DNA of 64,000 nucleotides from Vicinamibacteria bacterium. Lineage in GTDB: Bacteria; Acidobacteriota; Vicinamibacteria; Vicinamibacterales; UBA8438. Position 1 is the first letter of the stretch. Each line of letters opens with the position of its first letter. Shown here one piece after another: positions 31,185 to 41,149 of the stretch. Both the position numbers and the translations under genes were made by a program. The stretch lies in assembly GCA_022820675.1 (NCBI GenBank), contig JAJEFC010000346.1, forward strand, positions 3,387 through 67,386, given 5' to 3'. Under the pieces are notes generated by a model, which was not told the origin of the DNA, made no database searches, and was given only the letters and a program-made list of their open reading frames with translations.

Positions 31185-31565
31185 GTGATCATGGCCGATC
31201 AGCCTGTCGGGGAGCGCGCAACACCCGACGAACGTGCGACGCCCGACCCGCTTCCGACCGATGTCGCCCACGTGCGGACGGAGATTGCCGACGTGCGGGT
31301 GGAAATCGCGAACCTCGACAAGCGGCTGTCCGGAGAGATCGCCGACCTCCGGACGGAGATCCGGACTGGACTGGCGGACGTGCGGACGGAGATCCGGACC
31401 GGACTGGCGGACGTGCGGACGGAGATCGCCGGTGTCCAGACCGCCATCGCCCGCCTTGGAGAGCAGCACGCGAAGACCGAGGCCAGCCGCCTGCGCTGGA
31501 CGCTCGGCGCCATCATTGCGGGGAGCTCTCTCGGCGTGGCCGTCCTGCGGCTGCTCGGGGATTGA
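31185..31565 (+). CDS. coiled-coil protein with C-terminal TM helix (DUF1640-like), contains in-frame 33-nt tandem repeat
   Basis: Repetitive heptad-like text (DVAHVRTEIADVRVEIANLDKRLSGEIADLRTEIRTGLADVRTEIRTGLADVRTEIAGVQ) followed by a hydrophobic tail (WTLGAIIAGSSLGVAVLRLL). Confidence 0.5.
   Translation: MIMADQPVGERATPDERATPDPLPTDVAHVRTEIADVRVEIANLDKRLSGEIADLRTEIRTGLADVRTEIRTGLADVRTEIAGVQTAIARLGEQHAKTEASRLRWTLGAIIAGSSLGVAVLRLLGD
31350..31430. repeat. 33-nt tandem repeat (2.5 units) inside CDS 31185..31565
   Basis: cggacggagatccggac(t/c)ggactggcggacgtg at 31350-31382 and 31383-31415, with a partial third unit to 31430. Confidence 0.9.
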
Positions 31566-31713
31566 CCGGCGACCGTCAGGGACCCCGGGCTGCAACTCGT
31601 CCCGCGCCCGAGTGGAACACGCCATCAAGCAGGAGGCCCGACGCCGAGTGCCCGCGGCCTGCGGTGCTTGCGGATGAACGGCTTGATGTCTTCGCCGGGC
31701 TCGACGAGAGCGA

Positions 31714-33273
31714 TCAGGTCGTGCGCGTGCCGCCGGTCGCGGCAGTCCCCGTGACGCCGACCAGGCCGTCCGTCCGCTCGATTACGGCGCTGTTTTCCGT
31801 CCACAGCATCCGTTCGGCCCGCTCCAGCAGCCCCCGCAGGCCGGTGCGGCGGAGGGCCGACACCGAGACCCCATCGTGCAGGCGCGCCAGCGCCTCGCCC
31901 TCGCCGTCGGCCATCCGGTCGATCTGGTTGAAGACCAGCAGCTCCGGCGCCTCGACGTCGATGTCGCGCAGCACGCGGCGGACGGCCTCGATGCGACGCT
32001 CGCAGTCGGGCGTGGCGGCGTCGACCACGTGGAGGAGCAGCGAGGCGTCGGCCAGCTCCTCGAGGGTGGCGCGGAAGGCGGTGACGAGGTCCGCGGGGAG
32101 GTCGCGGATGAACCCCACGGTGTCGGTGATGATGACCTCGCGCTCGCGGGGGAAGCGCAGGCGGCGCGAGGTGGGGTCGAGGGTGGCGAACATCTGGTCG
32201 GCCACGTGCACCTCGGTGCGGGTGAGGGACCGCAGCAGGGTGCTCTTGCCGGCGTTGGTGTAGCCGACGATGGAGAGGACCGGGGCCCCGCGGCGTCCTC
32301 GCCGCTGCCGCCGGTTCCCGCGCTGCCGGGCGAGCTTCTTCAGCTCGCGTTCGAGCCGGGTCACGCGGTCGCGGGTGCGCCGGCGGTCCACCTCGAGCTT
32401 GGTCTCGCCCGGCCCCCGCCCCCCGATGCCGCCCGCGAGGCGCGACAGCGAGACCTCGGCGCGCTGTGCGAGCCGCGGCAGCAGGTACTTGAGCTGGGCC
32501 AGCTCGACCTGCAGCTTGCCGTCGCGGGTGGTCGCGTGCTGCGCGAAGATGTCGAGGATGAGCTGGGTGCGGTCGATCACCCGCAGCTCCATGCGCTCGC
32601 CGAGGTTGCGGGCCTGGGTGGGGGTCAGGTTCTGGTCGACGATGACGAGGTCGGCGTCGTCCTGGAAGGCGCGGATGACGAGGTCGTCGAGCTTGCCCGA
32701 GCCGAGCACGGTCTTGGGGTCGACGCGGGGCCGGTTCTGGGTCACCACGTCGACGATGTCGACGCCGGCCGAGCGGGCCAGCTCGCGCAACTCGTCGACG
32801 TGGACCTGCAGCTCGCGGGCGCCGCGGCCGGCGGTGACCGACACGAGGATGGCGCGCTCGCGGTCGCCGACCCGCTGTGCGCCGGTGTCGCGCGCGAGGG
32901 CCGCCTCGCGCTCGCGGATCCACGCCTGAAAGTCGAAGTCGATCAGGGCCGGGGGCTGTGGGTCGAGACGCTCGATGCCCGCGTCGCGGTCCCCCGGTTC
33001 GCGGTCGCCGGCGGGCCGGAGGGCGGCGGCGTGGGCGAGCGCGGGCAGGCCCTCGTGGTCCATGCCCACCGTGACCATCGCGTCGAGGCGCAGCAGCAGC
33101 AGGTCGGTCCGGTCGTCCCGCGTCAGCCCCTCGCCGGCGAGGTGGGTGTGGACGCAGCGCAGGCCGCGCAGGCGTCCCCGGCCGGCGCGCAGGCGGCCCC
33201 AGTCGGGCAGGGCGATGGAGTGGGCGTCGCCCACCATCACGTGCTGGACGAGCCCGCGGCGGTCGAGGAGCAC
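31714..33273 (-). CDS. hflX: GTPase HflX (annotated from first canonical start; probably extends to 33429)
   Basis: G-domain motifs GYTNAGKSTLL, DTVGF and the HflX N-domain LQVELAQLKYLLPRL are present. Protein-like sequence continues 52 codons upstream of the GTG at 33273 (see finding). Confidence 0.9.
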   Translation of the reverse strand: MLLDRRGLVQHVMVGDAHSIALPDWGRLRAGRGRLRGLRCVHTHLAGEGLTRDDRTDLLLLRLDAMVTVGMDHEGLPALAHAAALRPAGDREPGDRDAGIERLDPQPPALIDFDFQAWIREREAALARDTGAQRVGDRERAILVSVTAGRGARELQVHVDELRELARSAGVDIVDVVTQNRPRVDPKTVLGSGKLDDLVIRAFQDDADLVIVDQNLTPTQARNLGERMELRVIDRTQLILDIFAQHATTRDGKLQVELAQLKYLLPRLAQRAEVSLSRLAGGIGGRGPGETKLEVDRRRTRDRVTRLERELKKLARQRGNRRQRRGRRGAPVLSIVGYTNAGKSTLLRSLTRTEVHVADQMFATLDPTSRRLRFPREREVIITDTVGFIRDLPADLVTAFRATLEELADASLLLHVVDAATPDCERRIEAVRRVLRDIDVEAPELLVFNQIDRMADGEGEALARLHDGVSVSALRRTGLRGLLERAERMLWTENSAVIERTDGLVGVTGTAATGGTRTT

Positions 33274-33437
33274 CCCGACCTGGCGCCGGATCTCGTGGCT
33301 GACCTCGGTGAGCTGCCGGGCGAGCTCCTGGGTGACGAGCCGGTCCGCGGGGACCCGGCGCCGGAACAGGCGCTCGAGCTGCCGCGTCTGGCTCGCCTTG
33401 AGGCCGTGGATGTCGCCGAAGACTTCGATGGGGAGTG

Positions 33438-33443
33438 CCTCCT
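33438..33443 (-). promoter_or_regulatory. Shine-Dalgarno AGGAGG, 8 nt upstream of an in-frame ATC codon of hflX
   Basis: The minus strand reads tga-c-AGGAGG-cactcccc-ATC-gaa-gtc. The TGA at 33447-33445 closes the frame upstream. Confidence 0.4.
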
Positions 33444-33543
33444 GTCAGGACCGCGATCGCTCGCCGACTTCACCGAGGCGCGGCCCGTCCGTCCTCTCGT
33501 TGCCTGGCGCGCCTGGCGCACGGCACGCGGTTGTGTCCGAGTC

Positions 33544-36120
33544 CTACGGCCGCGGGGCCGCGGCGCCGGTGCTCTCGCGCGCGAAGCCCCGGTAGACCTC
33601 GCGCGCCTCGTCGAACTGGGCGAAGACGTGGGCGCGTTCCCGCTCGGCCCGCCATCCCGGCCACTCGTCCGCCATCTCCTGCAGCCGGTCGATCCACCGC
33701 AGGGCGTAGTCGGCCGCGTCCGCGTCCCGGATCGGCTCGTCGCCGACGAGCAGCCACACCGGGTTGGTGAACGCCTGGACGTAGGTCACGTCCATGGGGA
33801 ACCGCTCGGCGGGGGCGCCCTCGGCCCGCAGGTGGCACCAGCCGCTGTCGGTCACGCGCCGGCCCACGGTGAAGGCGGCCGAGCGGCCGTCGACGCCGAG
33901 CGGCACTTCCTGCACGGTCTCGCCGTCGCAAACCAGGAACACCCGGTCCAGGGAAGTGACGGACTGCACGCGTCCGGCGATCCGGACTTCGCCGCCGCCG
34001 TCCGGCAGGCTCACCTCTTCGCCCGGCATCCGGCCGTCGACGGTCAGCTCGAGCAGGGGCCCCGACGAGACGAACGCCCGCCCCGCCCGCAGCCCCTCGA
34101 GCCACGCGTCGACGTCGAGGCCGCGGTCCCCGGTGTGGACGTAGGTGCGCACCGACCCCACGAGCTTCGAGCGGTGCAGGTTGCTGATGGAGTCTTCGCC
34201 CCCGGTGGCGGTGATGCGCAGCCCGTTGCTCCACACCGCGTAGAGGGGGAAGAAGCCGGCCCGCGCCGCGTCCGACCACTCCACCGCGTCGGTGGTCCCG
34301 AGGGCGGCGTCGACGATGAACCCCTTGCCGCCGCCGAGGTTGCCGTCGAGGGGGTCGGTCTCGCCGCCGAACGCGTGCACGTAGCCGACGGTGGCCCCCT
34401 GCGCCTTCGCCTTGCGGAACATGTCGGTGTTGCTGGGGTAGAGGCTCTCTATGGCGGTGCCCTCGTAGCCCATCGTGAACGGCGAGATCAGGTGGTCGCG
34501 CATGCCGAACATGAAGACGTGGCCGTAGAAGGGCGGCCGGTACTCCTGGCCCACGACCACCGGGTGCTCCGGCGTGGACGCCGAGTGGGCGCCGCCGCCG
34601 GGCTCGAACCACTGGTAGTCGAGGATGCGGTTGTCCTTGTTGGCGACCTGGTGGAGGACGATGTCCTGATCTTCCGCCTCCGACATCATGACGAGGTTCT
34701 CGAGCGAGTTGTGGAGGTTGCCGCCGTAGTTCCCGTGCACGTGGGTCGAGGCGCTGACCCAGCCGGCCGCGGCCATGTCCGTCATCCGGTCGAGCTCGAC
34801 CGCCAGCTCGGTCGTCCCGCCGGCCGCGACCTCGGCCGTCGCGGTGGCGGGGTGGAACTCGAAGCCCTTCACCACGGTCAGCTCGACCGGCCCCGCCGGC
34901 ACCTCGACGCTGAACGCGCCAGCGTGGTGGAAGATGTGGTCGCCGCGCGCGCTCAGCCGCGCGTAGGCGTCGGCGGGGGCGTAGAACTTGCCGTCCGCCG
35001 CGGTCAGGTGGACCCGCGAGCCGGTCGCCTCGCCGGTGTCGGCGGCGCGGGTGCGGACCGACAGGGTGCCCATGGGCCGCCGCCACCGCCGCTCGGCGAT
35101 CTCGACGGTGCGCAGCGCGCCGCCGTGGGTCTCGAGGAGGGCGAGCCGCGGCAGGCCGCCCTCGTTGGTGACGAACGCGATCCACTCGTCGTCGGGCGAC
35201 CAGCGCGGGTGGAAGGCGTCGTGCTCGAAGAACGTCAGCTTGTAGGGCTCGCCCCCCGCCGTCGGCTGCACGTACAGGTTGTTGAACTGGTCGGCCGCCC
35301 CCCGCGTCGACGAGTAGACGAAGCGACGGCCGTCGCTCGCGACGTCGGGCCGCGTGCGGTACAGCGTCTGCTCGCGCAGCACCGTCACCGCGTCCACGAT
35401 GCCCACGGGGGCGGCGGGCACGCGCAGGACGTTGCCCGAGCCGAGGGGGATGTCGCGGTTCGAGACCAGCAGCAGCTCGTCGCTCTCGGTGCTGTCGGGG
35501 CTCGCGGGCAGCCACGCCGGCGTCAGGTGCATGTCCCACGGCCCGAAGTAGAGCCGGTTGGCGGGATAGGCGTGGTCGCTCGTGATCGGCATCTCGTCGC
35601 CGGCCCACCGGCCGTCCTCGACCGGCCGCACCGCGACGTTGAAGTAGCCGTTGGGGCGGGTCGACACGTAGGCGATGCGGGTGCCGTCGGGCGAGAACGT
35701 GGGGTCCGCGTAGACGTGGCCGTCGTCGGTCAGGGCCCGGGTCTCCCCGGTGGCCACCTCCAGCAGCTCGAGCTGCACGCGGTCGGCGTCGTGGTCGGCG
35801 GTGTAGACGATCCACCGGCCGTCGGGCGACCAGTCGGGCGACGAGTGGTACGCGTCGGGGCTGTAGGTCAGCTCCTCGGCCACCCCGGTGCCGGGGTCCA
35901 CCCGCCAGATCGACCCGCTCATCGCCACCGCGATCGACTCGCCGTCCGGCGCCCAGCTCGGGGCCCACGGGGTGGAGCTCGGGGCCGGCGGGAAGTAGAA
36001 GTTGTGCATGTAGTTCCCGCCGTGGCGCGACGCGGGGTAGCGGCCGGCCTGGGCATGCGCGTCGACCGCGCCCGCCGCCACCGCCGCGGCGAGGACGCCG
36101 GCGAAAAGGGCTCGTTGCAT
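33544..36120 (-). CDS. TolB-like (PD40 beta-propeller) protein fused to a CehA/McbA-like metal-dependent hydrolase domain, secreted
   Basis: In-frame ATG at 36120 followed by a signal peptide. PD40-like repeats present (SPDWSPDGRWIVY, PTFSPDGTRIAYV, PRWSPDDEWIAFV). These are followed by STHVHGNYGG ... GYVHAFGGE metal-site-like motifs. Confidence 0.75.
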   Translation of the reverse strand: MQRALFAGVLAAAVAAGAVDAHAQAGRYPASRHGGNYMHNFYFPPAPSSTPWAPSWAPDGESIAVAMSGSIWRVDPGTGVAEELTYSPDAYHSSPDWSPDGRWIVYTADHDADRVQLELLEVATGETRALTDDGHVYADPTFSPDGTRIAYVSTRPNGYFNVAVRPVEDGRWAGDEMPITSDHAYPANRLYFGPWDMHLTPAWLPASPDSTESDELLLVSNRDIPLGSGNVLRVPAAPVGIVDAVTVLREQTLYRTRPDVASDGRRFVYSSTRGAADQFNNLYVQPTAGGEPYKLTFFEHDAFHPRWSPDDEWIAFVTNEGGLPRLALLETHGGALRTVEIAERRWRRPMGTLSVRTRAADTGEATGSRVHLTAADGKFYAPADAYARLSARGDHIFHHAGAFSVEVPAGPVELTVVKGFEFHPATATAEVAAGGTTELAVELDRMTDMAAAGWVSASTHVHGNYGGNLHNSLENLVMMSEAEDQDIVLHQVANKDNRILDYQWFEPGGGAHSASTPEHPVVVGQEYRPPFYGHVFMFGMRDHLISPFTMGYEGTAIESLYPSNTDMFRKAKAQGATVGYVHAFGGETDPLDGNLGGGKGFIVDAALGTTDAVEWSDAARAGFFPLYAVWSNGLRITATGGEDSISNLHRSKLVGSVRTYVHTGDRGLDVDAWLEGLRAGRAFVSSGPLLELTVDGRMPGEEVSLPDGGGEVRIAGRVQSVTSLDRVFLVCDGETVQEVPLGVDGRSAAFTVGRRVTDSGWCHLRAEGAPAERFPMDVTYVQAFTNPVWLLVGDEPIRDADAADYALRWIDRLQEMADEWPGWRAERERAHVFAQFDEAREVYRGFARESTGAAAPRP

Positions 36121-36435
36121 GGGGTGCTTCTCCTCGTCCGGGTAACGCCGCCCGGTCGGCGCCGCCTCTCGTCCGGTCGGTTTCCCGGTCCCGGCTCTGC
36201 TGCGCGTCCGCCCGGAGCCGCTGCCCGCCTTCGCCCGAGCTAGTCCGGCCGATTTCCCGGTTTCCGGCTCTGCTGCGGCCCCGGCCGACGCCGGCGGGAG
36301 TCTGCACGATTCGCGGTCGCCGTTCCCGGGGCCATCCCGGGACGGGTGATCGACAATCAGATTGCCAACTGCGCCCCGGCGCGCCGCGTCTTGCGGCTTG
36401 GCGCGCCCTGCGCATGGCATTCTGGTCACCGTCCC

Positions 36436-37794
36436 CTACTGCCAGCCGGCCCGCAGGGCCTCGCGGTCGACCGCCTCCCCGTTCAGGTAGACGTCCGCGA
36501 TCTGCCGCGTGTTCGCGATGCCGAACATCGGGTTGGCGTCGAGCACGACGAAGTCGGCGCGGCGCCCCGCCTCGAGGAGGCCGGTGTCGACGCCGAGCAC
36601 CTCGGCCGACGCGCTGGTGGCGATGCGGATGGCCTCGGCCGGCGGGATTCCCGCCTCGACGAACAGCTCGAGCTCGCGGTGCTCCATGAAGCCCGGCACG
36701 TGGTCCTGCACGCCGGTGTCGGCGCCGAGGACGAGGCGGGCGCCGGCGTCGGCGAGCTTCCGCAGGCTGCCCTCCATCGCCGCCCAGGACGCGGCCGCCC
36801 GCGCCGCCGCCTCCGGCGTGCGGTTCTCGAACGATGCGCGAATGCGCGCCAGGACGTCGCCGGCTACCGACTCGAGCAGCAGCGGGTGCTCGACCCAGGC
36901 CGGCGGCGCGACGTGCCGGCCCCGCTCCGAGATGCTCAGGTTCGGCATGACGAACACGTCGTTCTCGACGACGGCGGCCACCAGCGCGTCGTCCATCTCG
37001 AGGTCGCGCGGCAGGTGGGCGAACCCGTCCGCCCCCGCGTCGACGAGGGCGCGGGCGTCGTCGAGGTAGTAGACGTGGGCGATGACCTGCAAACCGTGCC
37101 CGTGCGCGGCGGCGATGATCGGCTCGTAGAGCTCCGGGGTGAGCTTCTCGACCGAGCCGCCCCGGTCGTCGACCCAGATCTTGACGAAGTCCGCCTCGGT
37201 CGCCGCGATCTCGTCTACCACGGCGCGCGCCTCGTCCGGCGTCGACACCCCGAACGCGGTCGGCCTCATCGTCTGGGCGCCAGGCCCCGCGTCCGGCCGC
37301 GCGATGCCCCGGAACGCGGTGTGCAGCCGGGCCCCGCCCAGCATGCCCGCCTCCTGCTCGGCCCGGATCTCGAACGCCAGCCCGCCGGGGTCGGTCCCCA
37401 TCGACACGATGGTGCCGACGCCGTGGTACGCATACCGGTGGAGCTGGTCGATCAGGTTCTCGCGCGTGTAGTTCGCGTAGTCGTAGGTGAGGCCCTGCTG
37501 GAACCCGACGTGCCCGTGCAGGTCGACGAGGGCGGGCATGACCGTCTTGCCGGCGAGGTCGACCACCGCCGCGTCCTCGGGGACCGGCACGTTGGCGGCC
37601 CGGCCGACCGCGGCGATGCGCCCCTCGTCGACCACCAGCACGCCGCCCCCGATGGGGGGACCGCCGTCGCCGGTGATGAGGGTCGCCCCCTGGTACGCGA
37701 CGACGGTGCTGACGGGAGCTTCGGGAGCCTCGCCGCCGCAACTGGCCGCGAGCACGGTGAGAAGGATGACGGTCGGGACGGATCGCATGGTCAT
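36436..37794 (-). CDS. amidohydrolase family protein, lipoprotein signal
   Basis: LTVLAASCGG lipobox. PALVDLHGHVG (HxH metal site). FVKIWVDD, HGLQVIAHV and VLGADTG follow the amidohydrolase superfamily pattern. Confidence 0.85.
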   Translation of the reverse strand: MTMRSVPTVILLTVLAASCGGEAPEAPVSTVVAYQGATLITGDGGPPIGGGVLVVDEGRIAAVGRAANVPVPEDAAVVDLAGKTVMPALVDLHGHVGFQQGLTYDYANYTRENLIDQLHRYAYHGVGTIVSMGTDPGGLAFEIRAEQEAGMLGGARLHTAFRGIARPDAGPGAQTMRPTAFGVSTPDEARAVVDEIAATEADFVKIWVDDRGGSVEKLTPELYEPIIAAAHGHGLQVIAHVYYLDDARALVDAGADGFAHLPRDLEMDDALVAAVVENDVFVMPNLSISERGRHVAPPAWVEHPLLLESVAGDVLARIRASFENRTPEAAARAAASWAAMEGSLRKLADAGARLVLGADTGVQDHVPGFMEHRELELFVEAGIPPAEAIRIATSASAEVLGVDTGLLEAGRRADFVVLDANPMFGIANTRQIADVYLNGEAVDREALRAGWQ

Positions 37795-37957
37795 CTGTAC
37801 AAGGCCTGGAGCGGCGCGGCCGTCGAGGCGCGCACCGGGAGCGCCACCGGAGTCGGATTATAGCCCTACGCGAGTTGACCGGACCCCGAAGAGGCGGCGG
37901 TCCGCTCTCGACACGTGGCGGGCTTCATGCTGAGAGGAGGGGGGCTCCCGGCGCGGC

Positions 37958-38143
37958 TCACGAAGGTCGGGAGCCCTGTCCCGGCGGATCCTGACGGGCG
38001 CGAAAGCCGGCGATGAATCCCTCGACGGTGCCTTCGAGCTTTGCCAGTCTTTCGCGAACGGCCGCGAGGTCGCGATGGAGCATCGCGTGCGAGGCGACGA
38101 TGGCCACGACGACCGTGAGGAATCCGATCCACTGGTTCTCCAT
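37958..38143 (-). CDS. small membrane protein (TM plus coiled segment), hypothetical
   Basis: 61-aa ORF MENQWIGFLTVVVAIVASHAMLHRDLAAVRERLAKLEGTVEGFIAGF. It has the same architecture as the 26120..26290 product. Confidence 0.3.
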   Translation of the reverse strand: MENQWIGFLTVVVAIVASHAMLHRDLAAVRERLAKLEGTVEGFIAGFRARQDPPGQGSRPS

Positions 38144-38593
38144 CCCGGTTGCTTCCTCGGCGCGCCGCGCGGCGCTCGATGTCGTGATCCAGAGTGGCCC
38201 TGGCGTCTACCTGAACACGACGGCGGTCAGGGTGACGGCCGACCTCCATGACCGCCGTGATGCGGGTGCAGATGACCCATCCGTGTTTCAGGCAACACGG
38301 CCAGTCTACCACGTCTGCCGAACGGTCGCTCGGGGCGAACCCTCTCCGGGGTGCACGTCAGCATTGTGGGACCGGCATGGGCCGGGCCATCGCAGAGGCC
38401 AACGCCGACATCGCGCGGCACGGCCGGAAGCTCCGCCGCTGCTTCGAGACTTCCGGGAACGAAGTGCCGCCAAGGCAGCCTGAGGCTCTCCAACGATCTG
38501 ACGTGCACCCCCCTCTCCGGTCAGCCGTCGACGGAGAGGTCGGGGTCCGGGTCGGAATCCGGGGCCGTGGAGCGTTCGTTCCCGTTCAGCCGC

Positions 38594-40960
38594 TCACCGC
38601 AGCAGGTCGAACAGGTAGCTGTACTTGACGGTGATCGTCCGCCCCGCGCCGGGCGGGATGTACTGGCGGCCGTCGAGCCCCCGGCCGAGGCCCTGGATGT
38701 CGTTGTAGACGACGAAGAGCCCGGTGTTGGCGTCCGACAGGAGGCCGAACCGCAGGTTCGACGACCACAGGTCGGCGCGGTCGTTGTACTGGACGAGGGC
38801 CTGGAAGAACATCCGGGTGTTGAACGAGTACGACGTGCGCAGGCGGATGAGGTTGGTGGTGAAGTCGCCGCCGGGGAGCCGCAGGTCGTTGTAGCTCCAC
38901 TCCAGCACCGCGTTGAACGTCTCGCCGGCGCGGGCCGCGATCGACGGCGTCAACGTCACCCGCTCGCCCCCGAACAGCCCGCCGACGATGCTGTTGACGT
39001 TGAAGCTGACCGGCGCGCCGAGGTTCGTGTTGCCGGCGATCTGCGCTTCGCTGTGGTCGTACTGGCCCGGTGGCACCCAGACGCCGGGGAAGATCTCGAA
39101 CGGCAGGAAGACGCCCTCGCGGGTGACGTTCACGCCGGTGTGTACCTCGTAGCCGTTGCGCCACTCGATGTGGTTGTCGATGTGCGTGAACTGGGTTTCG
39201 TGGGCGCCGGTGGCGAAGTCGAACACCGTGAAGTGGTTGACGTGGGGCCGCAGCTCGTGGACGCCCATGAAGTTCTGCGGGCGCCACGTCGTGAACACGC
39301 TGCCGTTCACCCGCCGGTAGCTCCGGCGGGCGAGGAAGCCGACCTCGGGGTTGAAGTCGGGCGCGACCTCGGTGAAGCCGAGGCTGAGGCGGGCGCGCTC
39401 GGACTGGTGCTGGGCGCTGAGCCCCAAGGCGTGCGAGCCGCCCGGCCCCGCCGAGACCAGGTCGTCCACGGCGCCGCTGTCGGCCAGGAAGCCGCTCACC
39501 GTGCCGCCCTGACCGATTCCCCACCGCCCGTCGACGGCGACGGTCTGGTTGCCGTCGTCGCCCACCGCGAGATCGCCGGTCCCGTTCCGGGTGACGACCA
39601 TGGCGCCGACGTTCGACCGGTTGGCGAGATCCTGCCGCACCCGGGCGACGGTGAAGTTCTGGCCCGGGGTGGCGTTCTCGTCGCCCACCTGGCCGATCGC
39701 CGCCGTCTGCATGTTGAGCAGTCCGATGTTGGTGTTGTTGCCGACCTTGCCCGACAGCCGCCCCCCGCCGATGATGGGAATCTGCTCGCCGTTCTCGCCG
39801 AGCCCGATGCGGCGGCTGAAGAACACGTCGACCGCGCCCGACTGGCCGACCGAGAACAGGCCCGCATTCTCGAGGAAGAAGGGCCGCTTCTCGGGGAAGA
39901 ACAGCGTGAAGCGGTCGAGGTTGACCTGCTCGTCGTCGACCTCGACCTGCGCGAAGTCGGTGTTGGCGGTCAGGTCGAGGGTCATGCTGGGGGTGATGCT
40001 GTACTTCAGGTCCGCCCCCAGGTCCCCGGTGTTGGAGCGGCTTCGGGTCTCGGTGCGGCGCAGGGTCGAGCCGAGGAGATAGGGCGTGAGCTGCAGGTTG
40101 CGCTGGGGCGGCACCGCGATGCCCTGCAGCTCGCCGGCCAGCGACAGACGGTTGAGGTTGAACTGGCGCGGCAGGGGCGACCAGTACACCTGCTCGTTGT
40201 TGAACCGGATGTTCCGCTGGAAGTTCACGCCCCAGGTCTGCACGTCGGCGGTCGGGTAGCGCAGGGTCCGGAACGGGATCGCTATCTCCGCCGTCCACCC
40301 GATGTCGCTGACGCGGGTGACGACCTCCCACGCGCCGTCCCAGTTGACGTTGAGGCCGCCGCCCGAGCCGCGCTGCTGCCGGTTGTTGCCGGGCCGGCCG
40401 CCCCAGCCGCCGAAGCGGCCGCTGCCCTGGCCCTCGTTGGTGAGCTGCGCGTCGTACTCGATGCCGGCGGGGTTGGTGCCGAAGACGAACCCGTTCTGGC
40501 CGTCCAGATAGGTGTCGAGGATGACGCGGAAGCTGTCGGTCTCGGTGAGCTCGGAGTCGCGGCGGCTGTCCGCCACGATGATCGTGCCCGGGTCGTCGGT
40601 GTAGCAGACCACCCCGAAGTAGATGGTGTCGTCGTCGTAGACGATGCGGACCTCGGTGCGCTCGGAGGCCGGCTGACCCTCGAAGGGCCGGCTCTGCACG
40701 AACCCGGTGGCGAGCATGGCGTCGTCGTAGGCGGGGTCGCCCAGAACGTCGCCGTCCACCGCCGGCGGGCTCCCGACGCCGAGGGCGCGCACGAGGGGGA
40801 ACCCCGCCGGGGTCAGCTCGCGCGACTCGATGAGGCGCAGGCCGGGGTCGGACTGCGGCCCCGACTGCGCCGTCGCGGGGACGGGCAGGGCGAGGCACCA
40901 GAGGCAGAGAGCCGCGGCGAAAGTCGGGACGCAGGGACGTCGGAGCAGGTTGCCAGTCAA
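38594..40960 (-). CDS. DUF5916/CBM9-like domain protein (large secreted or outer-membrane beta-rich protein)
   Basis: The N-terminal region (IDGDVLGDPAYDDA ... FVQSRPFEGQPASERTEVRIVYDDDTIYFGV ... DSFRVILDTYLDGQNGFVFGTNPAGIEYD) matches my memory of the carbohydrate-binding family 9-like / DUF5916 proteins. The TTG start is uncertain. Confidence 0.75.
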   Translation of the reverse strand: MTGNLLRRPCVPTFAAALCLWCLALPVPATAQSGPQSDPGLRLIESRELTPAGFPLVRALGVGSPPAVDGDVLGDPAYDDAMLATGFVQSRPFEGQPASERTEVRIVYDDDTIYFGVVCYTDDPGTIIVADSRRDSELTETDSFRVILDTYLDGQNGFVFGTNPAGIEYDAQLTNEGQGSGRFGGWGGRPGNNRQQRGSGGGLNVNWDGAWEVVTRVSDIGWTAEIAIPFRTLRYPTADVQTWGVNFQRNIRFNNEQVYWSPLPRQFNLNRLSLAGELQGIAVPPQRNLQLTPYLLGSTLRRTETRSRSNTGDLGADLKYSITPSMTLDLTANTDFAQVEVDDEQVNLDRFTLFFPEKRPFFLENAGLFSVGQSGAVDVFFSRRIGLGENGEQIPIIGGGRLSGKVGNNTNIGLLNMQTAAIGQVGDENATPGQNFTVARVRQDLANRSNVGAMVVTRNGTGDLAVGDDGNQTVAVDGRWGIGQGGTVSGFLADSGAVDDLVSAGPGGSHALGLSAQHQSERARLSLGFTEVAPDFNPEVGFLARRSYRRVNGSVFTTWRPQNFMGVHELRPHVNHFTVFDFATGAHETQFTHIDNHIEWRNGYEVHTGVNVTREGVFLPFEIFPGVWVPPGQYDHSEAQIAGNTNLGAPVSFNVNSIVGGLFGGERVTLTPSIAARAGETFNAVLEWSYNDLRLPGGDFTTNLIRLRTSYSFNTRMFFQALVQYNDRADLWSSNLRFGLLSDANTGLFVVYNDIQGLGRGLDGRQYIPPGAGRTITVKYSYLFDLLR

Positions 40961-41149
40961 GAACGTGTTCTCCCGCCGCCGGCCGGGGCGTCCCGGTTCG
41001 GCGGCTCGTCAAGGGGCGCCGAGCGGAACCGCCCTCGGTCGGTCCGCTCGCAACGCCCCCCTGACATTATCCGGTGGTGCGTCGACCCGTGGAGTGTATA
41101 CGGCCCACCGGTCGGCGTCGTTTAGCCCCGAGAGCCCGCCTGGCGGGTT

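Noticed and set aside
31876-36243. 1455-aa plus-strand ORF across hflX and the TolB-like hydrolase gene
   Set aside because: It is antisense to two well-supported genes. The composition is dominated by G, A, R, V, D and E with no domains, so it is a shadow ORF.
38144-38593. Candidate genes in the 450-bp gap upstream of the DUF5916-like gene end (ORFs 38248-38628 + and 38227-38508 -)
   Set aside because: Neither translation shows a recognisable motif, SD or sensible start. They overlap each other on opposite strands. The region is left unassigned.
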